A stretch of 64,000 bases of DNA, taken from positions 23,777-87,776 of the forward strand of contig JAUYEG010000070.1 of the NCBI GenBank assembly GCA_030691505.1, written 5' to 3'. Numbering within the stretch: position 1 is the stretch's first letter; each line of letters starts with the position of its first letter. Under the pieces are notes generated by a model, which searched no databases, was not told the origin of the DNA, and was given only the letters and a program-made list of their open reading frames with translations. Source of the DNA: Bacillota bacterium. Its GTDB lineage: Bacteria; Bacillota; Sulfobacillia; JAUYEG01. Positions 19,254-28,972 of the stretch are shown here, piece by piece. Position numbers and translations under genes: made by a program.

Positions 19254-20048
19254 CTAGAACAGCGCCTCGCTCATGCACCACTGCCGGAGCGTGTCGCGCA
19301 GGGTTTCCTGCCGCCGGGACAGCATCTGTTTGATGGTGTGGGCCTCGAAGTGCGTCAGGTAGTCGTCCTCGAGCTCCCGGACCCCGTCGACTATCGCGTC
19401 CAGCTTGCTGCCAGGCAGGCTCTCGATCTCCTCCACGGCTGACTCAAGCTGCTCAAACCGTGAGATCTGCCCCTTGACCTCCGGGATGCGGATGAAGATG
19501 CCCGGGTCGTTCCATGCCGGGCTCCACCACCGGTGGGTCCGCCACTTGCCGTAGGTCCCGAACAGGGCCAGGTCGTGGTCGATCAGCGACACGTCGTGGG
19601 CGCCGTAGTAGCTGCGCTCGGTGACCAGCACGTTGCCCTCGTGCCGGTCGTGATTGTAGATGAAGAGATCAAACACAAACATGCGCTGCAGGATGTCCTG
19701 CTGGCTCAGAAAGCGCGCCGGGTCGCGCTTGATCATCTGGTCGAGAAGGCTCCAGGGCTTGGCCGTCTGGGTCACCGCCCAGGCCAGGTGCCCGCGCAGC
19801 CCGTGGTACGTGTAAAACTGGATCGGGCGTACCGGCAGGCCCAGCAGTTCGCCGATTTCGTAGGAAATTCGCTCGTTGGCTGATAGCGGACCCCGCTTGT
19901 CGGGGTCCACCCCCAGCTCAAAGCCAAACTTAAACCGTGCGACCCGCTGTTCATCCCACGGCGACTGCAGGATCATGTGCAGCTTGCCGTCCTTCATCCG
20001 TTTGTGGACCACTTCCCACGGTTCGTCGGGGTAGTATGGTACCGGCAA
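19254..20048 (-). CDS. atypical kinase-fold protein (PI3K/PI4K-like or HipA-like catalytic loop)
   Basis: FDLFIYNHDRHEGNVLV carries a D-R-H-x-x-N catalytic-loop motif as in PI3/PI4 kinases and HipA; a downstream IDHD motif sits at the DFG-equivalent position; 264 aa. Confidence 0.5.
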   Translation of the reverse strand: MPVPYYPDEPWEVVHKRMKDGKLHMILQSPWDEQRVARFKFGFELGVDPDKRGPLSANERISYEIGELLGLPVRPIQFYTYHGLRGHLAWAVTQTAKPWSLLDQMIKRDPARFLSQQDILQRMFVFDLFIYNHDRHEGNVLVTERSYYGAHDVSLIDHDLALFGTYGKWRTHRWWSPAWNDPGIFIRIPEVKGQISRFEQLESAVEEIESLPGSKLDAIVDGVRELEDDYLTHFEAHTIKQMLSRRQETLRDTLRQWCMSEALF

Positions 20049-20069
20049 CCTGCTCCCCCCTGGCCTCTG

Positions 20070-21458
20070 TCAGGGTCGAGGCCGCACCATGACCCCGTGG
20101 CCGCGCCGCCCCGTGATCCGGCCGTCACGCATGACGACCTCGCCACGGACAACGGTCAGCACCGGCCATCCGGTGACTTCCCACCCGTCATACAGCCGGG
20201 CGCTGCCGCGGGACTTGCTGTGCATCGCCTCGCGCCGGACCACGCGCGGCGCATCCGTGTCGAGCAACACAAGGTCGCCGTCGGCACCCGGCTGCAGAGC
20301 CCCCTTGCGCGGGTACAGCCCGAAGTACATCGCCGGGTTGAGGGCGCACATCCGCACCAGCAACGACAATCCCTCGTCGCTTGACCTGATGATTTCGTCC
20401 GCCAGAACGGGAATCATGGTCTCAAGGCCCGGCGCGCCCGCCGGCACCTCAAAGATGTCGCCGCCGGGCCCTTCTTTGTCGGCAACCGTAAACGGAGCGT
20501 GGTCGCTGCTGATGTAGTCCACCCAACCCTCGTCGACGCAGCGCCACAGGCCCTGCCGGTCCTCCTCGCTCCTGAGCGGCGGGTTGATTTTGCCGTATGG
20601 GCCCAGGTCGCCCATCGCCTGCTCCGTCAGCAGGAGGTAGTGCGGGCAGGTTTCCACGCGTACCTCCTGGCCCCCGAAACGGGCGCGCCTGGCCATCAGA
20701 GCGGTCTCCGGAAGGCTCACATGACAGATGCTTGCCCTGCAGCCGGCTTCCTTGGCGAGGAGAATGACGCGGCTCGCGGCCTCAAGCTCCGCGATCGCCG
20801 GCCTCGATTCGCCGTGGGCATAGGGGTCCGTCCGGCCCGCGGCCCGCATCCGGGCCACTCCTTGCCGGACCAGCGCGTCGTTCTCGGCGTGCACGCACGC
20901 CAGCAGGCCCGTCCGGGCCACCGCCCGGAACACTTCCAGCAGCGCGCCGTCGTCGAGGACGTGTACCCCGTCGTAGTCGGCCTCGCGGCCGCGCGGCGGC
21001 CCGTGCATAAATGTCTTGAACCCGACGGCGCCGGCCTCGGCCATCTCGCCGATGTGATCGACGTTGGACGCCCCGCCGCCGCCGTACAGCCCAAAGTCAA
21101 CCACCGCATCGCGTGCGGCCAGCTCAGCGCGCCGCAGCAGGATATCCGCGGTGGACACCCCCGGCGTCGACACGGGCATCTCGAGGATGGTCGTGAACCC
21201 GCCGGCCGCGGCCGCGCAGGTGCCGGAGTAGAAGTCCTCGCGGTCCTCGCGCCCCGGCGCGCGCACGTGAACGTGGGCGTCTATCAGCCCGGGCAGCAGC
21301 GCCTTGCCGTCCGCGTCGATGGTCTCGCGGGCGGATGGGAGCGATGAATCGTCACCCACCGCCGTGATGATGCCGCCGCTGATTGCCACGCCGCCGCGGA
21401 ACGAACCGTGAGGAGTGTATACCCTGGCATTAGTGACCACAAGATCGGCCTGCCGCAC
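20070..21458 (-). CDS. cyclic amidohydrolase (dihydroorotase/allantoinase/hydantoinase family)
   Basis: LPGLIDAHVHVRAPG metal-binding HxH motif and the conserved downstream His/Asp pattern of the amidohydrolase superfamily. Confidence 0.85.
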   Translation of the reverse strand: MRQADLVVTNARVYTPHGSFRGGVAISGGIITAVGDDSSLPSARETIDADGKALLPGLIDAHVHVRAPGREDREDFYSGTCAAAAGGFTTILEMPVSTPGVSTADILLRRAELAARDAVVDFGLYGGGGASNVDHIGEMAEAGAVGFKTFMHGPPRGREADYDGVHVLDDGALLEVFRAVARTGLLACVHAENDALVRQGVARMRAAGRTDPYAHGESRPAIAELEAASRVILLAKEAGCRASICHVSLPETALMARRARFGGQEVRVETCPHYLLLTEQAMGDLGPYGKINPPLRSEEDRQGLWRCVDEGWVDYISSDHAPFTVADKEGPGGDIFEVPAGAPGLETMIPVLADEIIRSSDEGLSLLVRMCALNPAMYFGLYPRKGALQPGADGDLVLLDTDAPRVVRREAMHSKSRGSARLYDGWEVTGWPVLTVVRGEVVMRDGRITGRRGHGVMVRPRP

Positions 21459-21479
21459 TGCCCCGACCCCCTTTGGGCC

Positions 21480-21929
21480 CTAGTCGTGCAGCGGCGGCCG
21501 CGTCGCCGGCGCCCGCCCGGGCACAGACGGCGAACCGGCCTGGGGATCCTGCACGTTGAGCCCGTACTCGATCACCAATTGATCATCCAGCAAGACCTGG
21601 ACACGGTACGTCCCGGGGCGCTCGAACGTCAGCCCCTCGAGACGGCAGACCACTGTGTGGCAGGCCGTCCGGTCGGCGAGAGTGAAGCTGGTCTCCGGTC
21701 CGTCGACGACCGTCGTGCGGCCGTCGGGTGACTGGATGCGTATCCGCTCCCGGTGCGGGCCGGTTGCGCCCGTCCAGCGGTTACATACATAGCAGGCGCG
21801 ATGAGTGGCCGGATAGGCGGTGCTGGCGATGGCTTCGAATACCCCATAAATAATCAGCTTGCCTTCTCCGCTGCGGCCGACGTCATCGCACAGCACGGAG
21901 AACTGAAGGACTGGCGCCACGCCGCTCAC
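21480..21929 (-). CDS. hypothetical protein
   Basis: 149 aa, non-repetitive, sits between purC and the amidohydrolase on the same strand; no family recognised. Confidence 0.45.
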   Translation of the reverse strand: MSGVAPVLQFSVLCDDVGRSGEGKLIIYGVFEAIASTAYPATHRACYVCNRWTGATGPHRERIRIQSPDGRTTVVDGPETSFTLADRTACHTVVCRLEGLTFERPGTYRVQVLLDDQLVIEYGLNVQDPQAGSPSVPGRAPATRPPLHD

Positions 21930-21945
21930 TCCTTAATCCCTCTGC

Positions 21946-22656
21946 TTAGCCTGCCGCTTTCTCCACCCGCCTGAGAACCTCCTGGTAGGCCTCCTCGACG
22001 CCGCCCATATCCCGCCGGAACCGGTCCTTGTCCAGCTTTGCGCGAGTCTCGGCATCCCACAGGCGGCAGGTGTCGGGCGAGATCTCGTCGGCCAGCAGAA
22101 TGCGACCGTCGCTCGTCACCCCGAACTCGAGTTTGAAGTCCACGAGCAGCAGACCGCATTGGGCAAAGAACCCCCGGAGCAGCCCGTTGATCTTGCGCGC
22201 CATCGCGTTGACCGCGTCCATCTGCTCTTCGGAGGCCAGGCCAAGGGCCCGGATGTGGTCGGTGTTGATAAGCGGGTCATGCAGGTCGTCGTTCTTGTAG
22301 AAATGCTCCAGCACGGGAAAGGGCAGGTCCGTGCCCTCTTCGATTCCGAGGCGCTTGCTGATGCTGCCGGCGGCGATATTGCGCATGACGACCTCGACGG
22401 GGAGGATGCGCACCCGGGTGCACAGCATATCCGTCGGGGGCCGCAGCTCACGAAAGTGCGTGGGCACGCCCGCCCTTTCGAGGTAGCAAAAGGCGTGGGC
22501 GGAGATGTGAGCGTTGCAGTAGCCCTTGCCGCCTATCGTGCCGCGCTTGGCCCCATCAAACGCCGTGGCGTCATCTTTGAAGTGCACCAGGAGCACCTCG
22601 GGCTCACCGGTCAGGTACACGATCTTGGCTTTGCCCTCGTAAAGCCGGTCCATCAA
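21946..22656 (-). CDS. purC: phosphoribosylaminoimidazole-succinocarboxamide (SAICAR) synthase
   Basis: LYEGKAKIVY...KDDATAFDG... is the typical PurC N-terminus; 236 aa; overlaps the purB stop by 4 nt. Confidence 0.9.
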   Translation of the reverse strand: MMDRLYEGKAKIVYLTGEPEVLLVHFKDDATAFDGAKRGTIGGKGYCNAHISAHAFCYLERAGVPTHFRELRPPTDMLCTRVRILPVEVVMRNIAAGSISKRLGIEEGTDLPFPVLEHFYKNDDLHDPLINTDHIRALGLASEEQMDAVNAMARKINGLLRGFFAQCGLLLVDFKLEFGVTSDGRILLADEISPDTCRLWDAETRAKLDKDRFRRDMGGVEEAYQEVLRRVEKAAG

Positions 22657-23957
22657 AGCCCCACCCTCCGGAAGATGTAATCAACCTGAGCAAGCTGACG
22701 CCCGAGGTCAAATGCCTCCTCCAGGCGCTCCGGGCTGACAGTGCCGCGGACCTCTTCGTCGGCGGCGATAAGCTCGCGAAAGCTGACCTCGCGTTCCCAT
22801 GCCTCCATCGCGCGCGCCTGAACTGTGGCGTAGGCCCGCTCGCGCTGCATCCCAGCCTCCACGAGAGCCAACATCACCTGCTGGCTGAAAACCAGCCCGC
22901 CCGTCATTTCGAGGTTTCGCCGCATCCGCGCCTGGTCGACCGTCATGCCGCGCAGCACGTAGGTGAAGCGGTCGAGGACATAGTCAAGGAGGATGCAGCT
23001 GTCCGGGATGATCACGCGCTCGACGGAGCTGTTGGTAATGTCGCGCTCGTGCCAAAGGGCGACGTTCTCCAGCGCCGCCAGCGCGTTGCCGCGCATCACC
23101 CGCGACAGGCCGGCGACCCGCTCGGAGAGCTCCGGGTTTCGCTTGTGCGGCATGGCGCTCGAGCCTTTGGTCACCGCCCCCGCCCGCCCGCCGAAAGGCT
23201 CGTGAACTTCGCGGATCTCCGTGCGCTGCAAGTTGCGGATCTCCGTCGCCATCTTCTCCAGGGACGAAGCGCATATGGCGATGGTCGTGAGGAACTGGGC
23301 GTGCCGGTCACGCTGCAGGATCTGCGTGCTCACCGGAGCGGGCTCCAGGCCCAGCTTGTCGCAGACATATCGCTCCACGAACGGATCGATGTTCGCGAAA
23401 GTCCCCACCGCGCCGCTGAGTTTTCCCACCGAGATTGCCTGCCTGGCCTGCTCCATACGCTGGACGTTGCGGCGGGTCTCGTCGAGCCAGAGGGCCAGCT
23501 TGAGCCCAAAGGTCGTCGGCTCGGCGTGCACACCGTGGGTCCGCCCGATCATCGGCGTGTGCTTAAACTCCGCGGCCCGGTCCCTCAAAACGGCCTCAAG
23601 CTCGCGTAGCCCCCGCAACAAGAGGTCCGCGGATTGGCGCATGAGCAGCGAAAGCGCGGGGTCCTCGACATCGTATGAGGTCAGGCCGTAATGCAGGTAC
23701 TTTCCGGCCTCGCCGACCGTCTCGGCTACCCCGCTGACGAAGGCGATCATGTCGTGCTTAATATCCTTCTCGATCTCCAAGATGCGCGCGGTGTCAATGC
23801 GCGCCTTGGCCCGTATCTCCTCGACCGCCTCGCGCGGGATCTTGCCGAGCTCAGCCCAGGCCTCGCATGCCAGGATCTCGATCTCCAGCCAGGTCTGGTA
23901 CTTGTTGCTGAGCTCCCAGATCGCACCCATCTCCGGACGCGTGTACCGCTGGATCAC
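22653..23957 (-). CDS. purB: adenylosuccinate lyase
   Basis: MIQRYTRPEMGAIW N-terminus and fumarate-lyase signature region; 434 aa. Confidence 0.9.
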   Translation of the reverse strand: MIQRYTRPEMGAIWELSNKYQTWLEIEILACEAWAELGKIPREAVEEIRAKARIDTARILEIEKDIKHDMIAFVSGVAETVGEAGKYLHYGLTSYDVEDPALSLLMRQSADLLLRGLRELEAVLRDRAAEFKHTPMIGRTHGVHAEPTTFGLKLALWLDETRRNVQRMEQARQAISVGKLSGAVGTFANIDPFVERYVCDKLGLEPAPVSTQILQRDRHAQFLTTIAICASSLEKMATEIRNLQRTEIREVHEPFGGRAGAVTKGSSAMPHKRNPELSERVAGLSRVMRGNALAALENVALWHERDITNSSVERVIIPDSCILLDYVLDRFTYVLRGMTVDQARMRRNLEMTGGLVFSQQVMLALVEAGMQRERAYATVQARAMEAWEREVSFRELIAADEEVRGTVSPERLEEAFDLGRQLAQVDYIFRRVGL

Positions 23958-24098
23958 CGGACATCCTCCTTCACCGCCGTGCGCGAGCCGCCGGGACGAC
24001 GGTCGCGGTCAAGGGGGAGATTATCCACCCGTCGTGCCCGCCCCTGCCCGCTCCTGCCCCTCCGCAACCCGGCGCTTGCCCGGCGGCCCCTCCGGCCC

Positions 24099-25610
24099 CT
24101 AAAGCCCGGCCGCCGCGCGCTGGGCCTCGAGCTGCGCCGACGCGGCCTGGGTGTGGCGCAGGTTGGACGCCAACAGGCTACCTATCAGGGACAACACCGC
24201 CAACATCATGAATCCGCCGAAGAATCCGGGCACTCCGCCGAAAGGAGTCACCGTGGCGCCGCTGTTCCATTGGCCGGACGTCATCTGTGCGTCAATCATC
24301 ATGCCCGTCAGTGTGGTCCCCAGAATCCCGCCGATCATGCGCAGCATGTTGAACACCCCGACAACCACGCCGCCGCGTTCCTGTGGGTTTTCGGCCAGAA
24401 CGAAGCTGAGCAGCGGCGACCAGGTTGCGCTGCCGCCGAAGGCGAGGACGAAACGCAGGGAGATTATCGCCCAGATCTGCGACGCCGAGGTCATCAGGGC
24501 GAACATCGCGTTGGCGACCGAGCGGGCGAGCATACCCGCGATGACCGGGCGGCGGCTTCCGAAGCGGTCCGCCAGCCCGCCGCTTATGGGGCTGCCGATC
24601 ACGCCTACGAGAGAGCCGGGGAAAAGGATGAGGCCCATGATCGCCGGGCTGAACTTCTTCACTTCGGTCAAAAACAGGGGCATCATGAAGGTCGAGCCCT
24701 GCCCGCAAAACATGTGTATTGCCCCGAGCGTAAGCGCCAGGATCATCGCGGGGTTTGCGAACATCGCCAGATCAACCATGGGAGTGCTGCTTCGCTGCTC
24801 GATCCGGACAAACGAGTACACGGCCGCGGCGCAAGCGCCGATGAGCACCGGCGCGCGCCAGGTGCCCCGGCCCCACTCCTGGATGCCCGTGAGGTACAGC
24901 AGCACACAGAGCACCGCCACGCCCAGCGTCAGCGCGCCACCGACGTCAAATGGCTCGCCCTTGCTCCCTCTCTTGGTCTCGCGCAGCTGGAAGTAGCCGG
25001 CAACCACGGCTATCACGCCAATGGGGATGTTGACGAAGAAAATCGATTGCCAGGAGAAGAACTGCGCAAGGAAACCGCCGACCGTAGGGCCGATCATGCT
25101 CCCGAGCGATGACGATGCGGCCCAGATGCCGAGCACCCGCCCGCGCCGCTCCGGCCCGAATAGATCCGTGGCCATGATCAGAGCGTTGGGATAGACGGCC
25201 GCCGCGCCCAGGGCCTGCACGCATCGGAATACGACGAGCGACTGGAAACCCCACGCGATGCTGCACATGGCTGAGCCCGCCGCGAAAACCGTCAGGCCCC
25301 CCACAAACAGGCGCTTGCGCCCGTACATGTCCCCGACGCGGCCAAAGATCGGCATCAGGATCGCATAGACCAGCGTGTAACTGGTGAAAACCCAGGTGAG
25401 GCGGGTGACGCTGATGTCGAACGCCCGAAGCAGCTCGCCGACGGCGACTCTGATCATGTTGGTGTTGAGCACAGTCATGAACGAGGCCAGCATGAGGTTG
25501 GCCAGGATCAGGTAGGTGCCGCGGGTGGGGGCCGGGGGCCTCGCGCTCGCGTCGTTCGTCGCCTGATCAACGGCCGGCCGGGCGGCCGTGCCGGCGTCTG
25601 CCTCAGCCAC
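24099..25610 (-). CDS. MFS transporter, DHA2 (14-TM drug:H+ antiporter) family
   Basis: 503 aa, 14 TM, GRVGDMYGRKR motif; GTG start with GGGAG RBS. Confidence 0.85.
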   Translation of the reverse strand: MAEADAGTAARPAVDQATNDASARPPAPTRGTYLILANLMLASFMTVLNTNMIRVAVGELLRAFDISVTRLTWVFTSYTLVYAILMPIFGRVGDMYGRKRLFVGGLTVFAAGSAMCSIAWGFQSLVVFRCVQALGAAAVYPNALIMATDLFGPERRGRVLGIWAASSSLGSMIGPTVGGFLAQFFSWQSIFFVNIPIGVIAVVAGYFQLRETKRGSKGEPFDVGGALTLGVAVLCVLLYLTGIQEWGRGTWRAPVLIGACAAAVYSFVRIEQRSSTPMVDLAMFANPAMILALTLGAIHMFCGQGSTFMMPLFLTEVKKFSPAIMGLILFPGSLVGVIGSPISGGLADRFGSRRPVIAGMLARSVANAMFALMTSASQIWAIISLRFVLAFGGSATWSPLLSFVLAENPQERGGVVVGVFNMLRMIGGILGTTLTGMMIDAQMTSGQWNSGATVTPFGGVPGFFGGFMMLAVLSLIGSLLASNLRHTQAASAQLEAQRAAAGL

Positions 25611-25750
25611 AGGAGTCTCCCTTTCGGATGCCAGGCGGTTACCCGCCCCCGCAAGACACAGTTAGAGCCCTATAGAGCCCTAGTACTTTGACGGCCAGTG
25701 TGAGCCTTCCTTCGGGAAGCGTTCAAAACGCCGGGAGCCCTGGCGCTTTC

Positions 25751-25790
25751 GAAAAGAAAAACAGACGGCCCCGTGGTCGTCTGTTTGCGG
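25751..25790 (-). terminator. rho-independent terminator downstream of the small acidic protein gene
   Basis: On the minus strand: AAACAGACG-loop-CGTCTGTTT hairpin followed by TTCTTTTC. Confidence 0.5.
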
Positions 25791-25830
25791 GACGCTGACC
25801 GATAGTCAGCTTCCGGTCCCTGTCCTGGGA

Positions 25831-26040
25831 CTAGCGAAGCGCGCTGTAATAGCTGTTGGGTGCCTCAGTGGCGCCAACCATCGGGTCGGCGTCGATGCTG
25901 ACCCGGATGATGCCCGCATCTTCGGATACGACGGAGGCTGCGGCCGCGGTCGCGTCGGCGGCGAAAGTCTCGTCCTCCACCAAGCACTGCGGCCCGAGGC
26001 CCGGCTCGAGTTCAACGATGCCCATGATGTCGCTGATCAT
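25831..26040 (-). CDS. small acidic hypothetical protein (69 aa)
   Basis: ATG at 26040 with GGTGGA 7 nt upstream; own terminator 45 nt downstream; very acidic (many D/E); no family recognised. Confidence 0.4.
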   Translation of the reverse strand: MISDIMGIVELEPGLGPQCLVEDETFAADATAAAASVVSEDAGIIRVSIDADPMVGATEAPNSYYSALR

Positions 26041-26168
26041 TTGGTGATCCACCCTTCTCGCTCTGGACTTATGGATTGGTGGACTGCTTATGCGCTCCAC
26101 TTCAATCACGCCTTGTATAACGAAGCTGTCGGATGAAAGGTTTCACCATCTGGAAGATGTGGTTTAAT

Positions 26169-26591
26169 TCAGAACACTCGTACCAGCAGTACTCCGAGGG
26201 CGATGAAGGCCACGCCGGCGATCCGGCCCGGCGTCAGTTGCTCTCGCAGCAAGAGTGCCGCGAGCAGCACCCCGAGGACAGGGTAGGCGGCGCTGACCGG
26301 CACCACTTTTGATGCCGGGCCAAGACGAAGGGCGTAGTAGTAGGCCAGATGCGCAAGAAGAGACCCGGTCAGCCCATCAGCGAGCAAGTACATTGCGGCC
26401 CTGGGCTCGATAGCTCGCAGCTCGCCGAGGGCGCCGCGCAGGATGGCCACGGCCAGCAGGGTTATCGCCACCCCGACGCTGCGGATCGTCAGTGCGGGAA
26501 CCGGCGGGACCGTTGCCAGCCCGATCTTGGCGAGCACGGGACCCAAGCCCCAAAACAAGACGGCGACCAAAACCCACGCGAACCAGCCCAC
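26169..26591 (-). CDS. EamA-domain (DMT superfamily) small membrane transporter
   Basis: 140 aa, 4-5 TM, single EamA-like domain. Confidence 0.7.
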   Translation of the reverse strand: MGWFAWVLVAVLFWGLGPVLAKIGLATVPPVPALTIRSVGVAITLLAVAILRGALGELRAIEPRAAMYLLADGLTGSLLAHLAYYYALRLGPASKVVPVSAAYPVLGVLLAALLLREQLTPGRIAGVAFIALGVLLVRVF

Positions 26592-26719
26592 AGAGGTAAC
26601 CTCCCTTGCCGATTCTCTTGCCTATCATTTCAACAAACGGCTCCGGCGGCACAACACTTCTGGTCCCCAATGTGTAGCATGAGAGGAATTTCGGAATACG
26701 AAGAGAATAACTTGACCCC

Positions 26720-28018
26720 ATGAATCGTGGCGCCTTCTATGCCCTTTTGCTGGCCATGCTTACGACATCGCTCGGTGTGGGCCTCATCGTGCCCCTGCTT
26801 CCGATCTACGCGAGCAACCTGGGTGCGGGGGGCATCTGGATCGGCCTGATCTTCGGTGCAAACCCGTTGGTCCGTGGGGCATTCACTCTCGTCGTCGGCG
26901 GCCTGGCCGACCGGCGCGAAAAGAAGAGCCTCATGAGCTGGGGGCTCTTGGGCTACGCCGCGGTTTCGCTCGCCTTTCTCTTCTCCCGGACCCCCATGCA
27001 CCTGTTCCTGGCCAGGATGGCCCAGGGGGCCTTCTCGGCGATGATCATGCCGGTCGCCCGCGCGTATGCCGGGGAACTGGCCCCCAAGGGCCGGGAGGGC
27101 GTCACCATGGGCCAGTTCGCGCTCGCGTTCACGGTTGGGTTCGCCATCGGGCCGCTTGCGGGCGGCATCTTGAACGACAATTTCGGCATGGCCGCTCCGT
27201 TCCTGGGAATGACCGGGCTCTCGGTCCTGGCATGGCTTTTTGTCCGCCTCTCAGTGCCGCCGCGCTTCCCGACCGCGGAGGGTTTGGCCCGCCACGGGGG
27301 ACTTGACGTTCGTCCTCTCAAGGACCGCCAGGTGGTCGGCCTTATCGCGGGCCGGACCCTCGGAGAGCTGGGTCGCGGCATTTTCACCGCGCTGATGCCG
27401 GTGTACGGCAGCGAGCAACTGCTCCTGTCAACCTCTCAGACCGGGCTGATCGTGACCATGCGGTCAGGAGCGGAGTCCCTGATGCAGCCGGTGAGCGGCA
27501 AAGCCTCCGATCGCCTCAACCGTCGGACGGTCTGCATGGTGGGTTTTGTGTTGATGCCGATCGCGCTGTTCCTGGCCCCTACGGCCCGTTCGTTCTATTC
27601 GCTTGCCCTGGTCGGTCTGTTCCTGGGCTCGAGCTCCGGCGTCTCGGTTCCCGCGGCGGGCGCAATCTCGGTAGAAAAGGGCCGCCAATACGGAATGGGC
27701 TCGATGATGGGCCTTGAGGCGGCGGCGCAGGCGTTGGGCATGGCGGCCGGGTCGACCATCGGCGGCACGTTGATGCAGCTGTTTTCGGTTACCGTGGCCT
27801 TTTGGGCGGCCGCGGCCGCGGCCTTAGCCGGGGCCGTGATATTTGGATCTCTTACTCGCGGCTACGTCAACGGACAGGCCGACGCAGTGTTGGTCACCGC
27901 GTCCCCCGGCGCCCGGGTGAGCAGCAGAGGCCGGCACCCTGCGGCGCCGGCCTGCAATCGCTTCCTTGACGCTCCAGAGCCTACTCCCGCTCCGGCACCG
28001 TCCTCCACAGCTCAATAA
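26720..28018 (+). CDS. MFS transporter
   Basis: 12 TM; GGLADRREKK motif between TM2 and TM3. Confidence 0.8.
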   Translation: MNRGAFYALLLAMLTTSLGVGLIVPLLPIYASNLGAGGIWIGLIFGANPLVRGAFTLVVGGLADRREKKSLMSWGLLGYAAVSLAFLFSRTPMHLFLARMAQGAFSAMIMPVARAYAGELAPKGREGVTMGQFALAFTVGFAIGPLAGGILNDNFGMAAPFLGMTGLSVLAWLFVRLSVPPRFPTAEGLARHGGLDVRPLKDRQVVGLIAGRTLGELGRGIFTALMPVYGSEQLLLSTSQTGLIVTMRSGAESLMQPVSGKASDRLNRRTVCMVGFVLMPIALFLAPTARSFYSLALVGLFLGSSSGVSVPAAGAISVEKGRQYGMGSMMGLEAAAQALGMAAGSTIGGTLMQLFSVTVAFWAAAAAALAGAVIFGSLTRGYVNGQADAVLVTASPGARVSSRGRHPAAPACNRFLDAPEPTPAPAPSSTAQ

Positions 28019-28799
28019 GCTTGACGCAGCGGCTAACCATTTCCTCGAAGCGAGCCTTGGCCTGCCCCACGTCCGCGTCGTTGGGGTCGGTCCAGCCGTA
28101 GACCCCCGAGGCGGTGTGCTCATGAGTGTCGCCCAGGTAGGCCATCGCTATCTGGGCGGCAAGCGGCAGGTCCTCGCGGTCGAGATCGGCCACCAGATGC
28201 TGCACCCCTGAATACCACTCGCCCGTCGGCTTGAATCCCTTGACGCGCTCCATTTCGACCAGCTCTGGGAACAGGGCGAGGGCGAAGCCCGTCTCACCCT
28301 TGCCCGAGTGCACGTCGAGGGTCCGGAGGTGCTCACGGAGCCGCTCCTTGGGGTCGCCTGCGGGCGCCGGGCCCTCGGGAACCAGCACCGTCGCGCCGTA
28401 CCGCCGCCGGGCCATTCGGGCGGTGTACGCGACTATTTGTGCGTTGCCGCCGTGGGCGTTGATGAGCATGATCTTGTCGATCCCGTGGTCCACAAGGCTC
28501 TCAATTGTGTCGTAGAGCACCGCCACAAGGGTGTCCTCGCTGTAGGTGATCGTGCCCCTAAACTCCATGTGGTGCGGTGAATACCCGGGCAGGCAGGTCT
28601 GAACGACGACGCAGTCAGCCCGCTCGGCGATGGCCTTGCAGATGGCCAGCGCGCCCAGCGAGTCCGTCCCGAGCGGCAGGTGGGGCCCGTGCTGCTCTAT
28701 CGAGCCCACCGGGATCAGGGCCACCGGGACCGGTGTGTCACGCAGATACTCCTCGAACGCCGAGCGGGTCATCTCGTGCAGGATCACACGTTTGCCCAA
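27981..28799 (-). CDS. creatininase-family amidohydrolase (paralog 1)
   Basis: PVGSIEQHGPHLPLGTD and INAHGGN motifs; TTG start with AAGGAGG 9 nt upstream, replacing the longer ORF-track start. Confidence 0.8.
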   Translation of the reverse strand: MGKRVILHEMTRSAFEEYLRDTPVPVALIPVGSIEQHGPHLPLGTDSLGALAICKAIAERADCVVVQTCLPGYSPHHMEFRGTITYSEDTLVAVLYDTIESLVDHGIDKIMLINAHGGNAQIVAYTARMARRRYGATVLVPEGPAPAGDPKERLREHLRTLDVHSGKGETGFALALFPELVEMERVKGFKPTGEWYSGVQHLVADLDREDLPLAAQIAMAYLGDTHEHTASGVYGWTDPNDADVGQAKARFEEMVSRCVKLIELWRTVPERE

Positions 28800-28972
28800 A
28801 ATACCTGTGCCTCCTTGTGCACCTCGGATTGTACATGTTGTTTCCTCCTCTGGGCTCAAACCCCTGTCGGGGGCAACTGCCGGTCGTGCCTCGAAGGAGC
28901 GGGACGGTGGGCCAAGAAGAACAGCCCACATGCCGCGCGCCGGCAAGTCCCGTACGCGAGGAGGCCAACGCC

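Noticed and set aside
23691-25112. 473-aa plus-strand ORF
   Set aside because: Antisense to purB and the DHA2 MFS gene, both with strong family signatures. The composition is His/Arg/Gly-rich with no domain
28577-28972. N-terminal 132 codons of the ORF-track S9 peptidase frame
   Set aside because: Arg/Pro-rich, overlaps the divergent creatininase gene. A GTG with GAGGAGG RBS at 28973 precedes the first conserved residues
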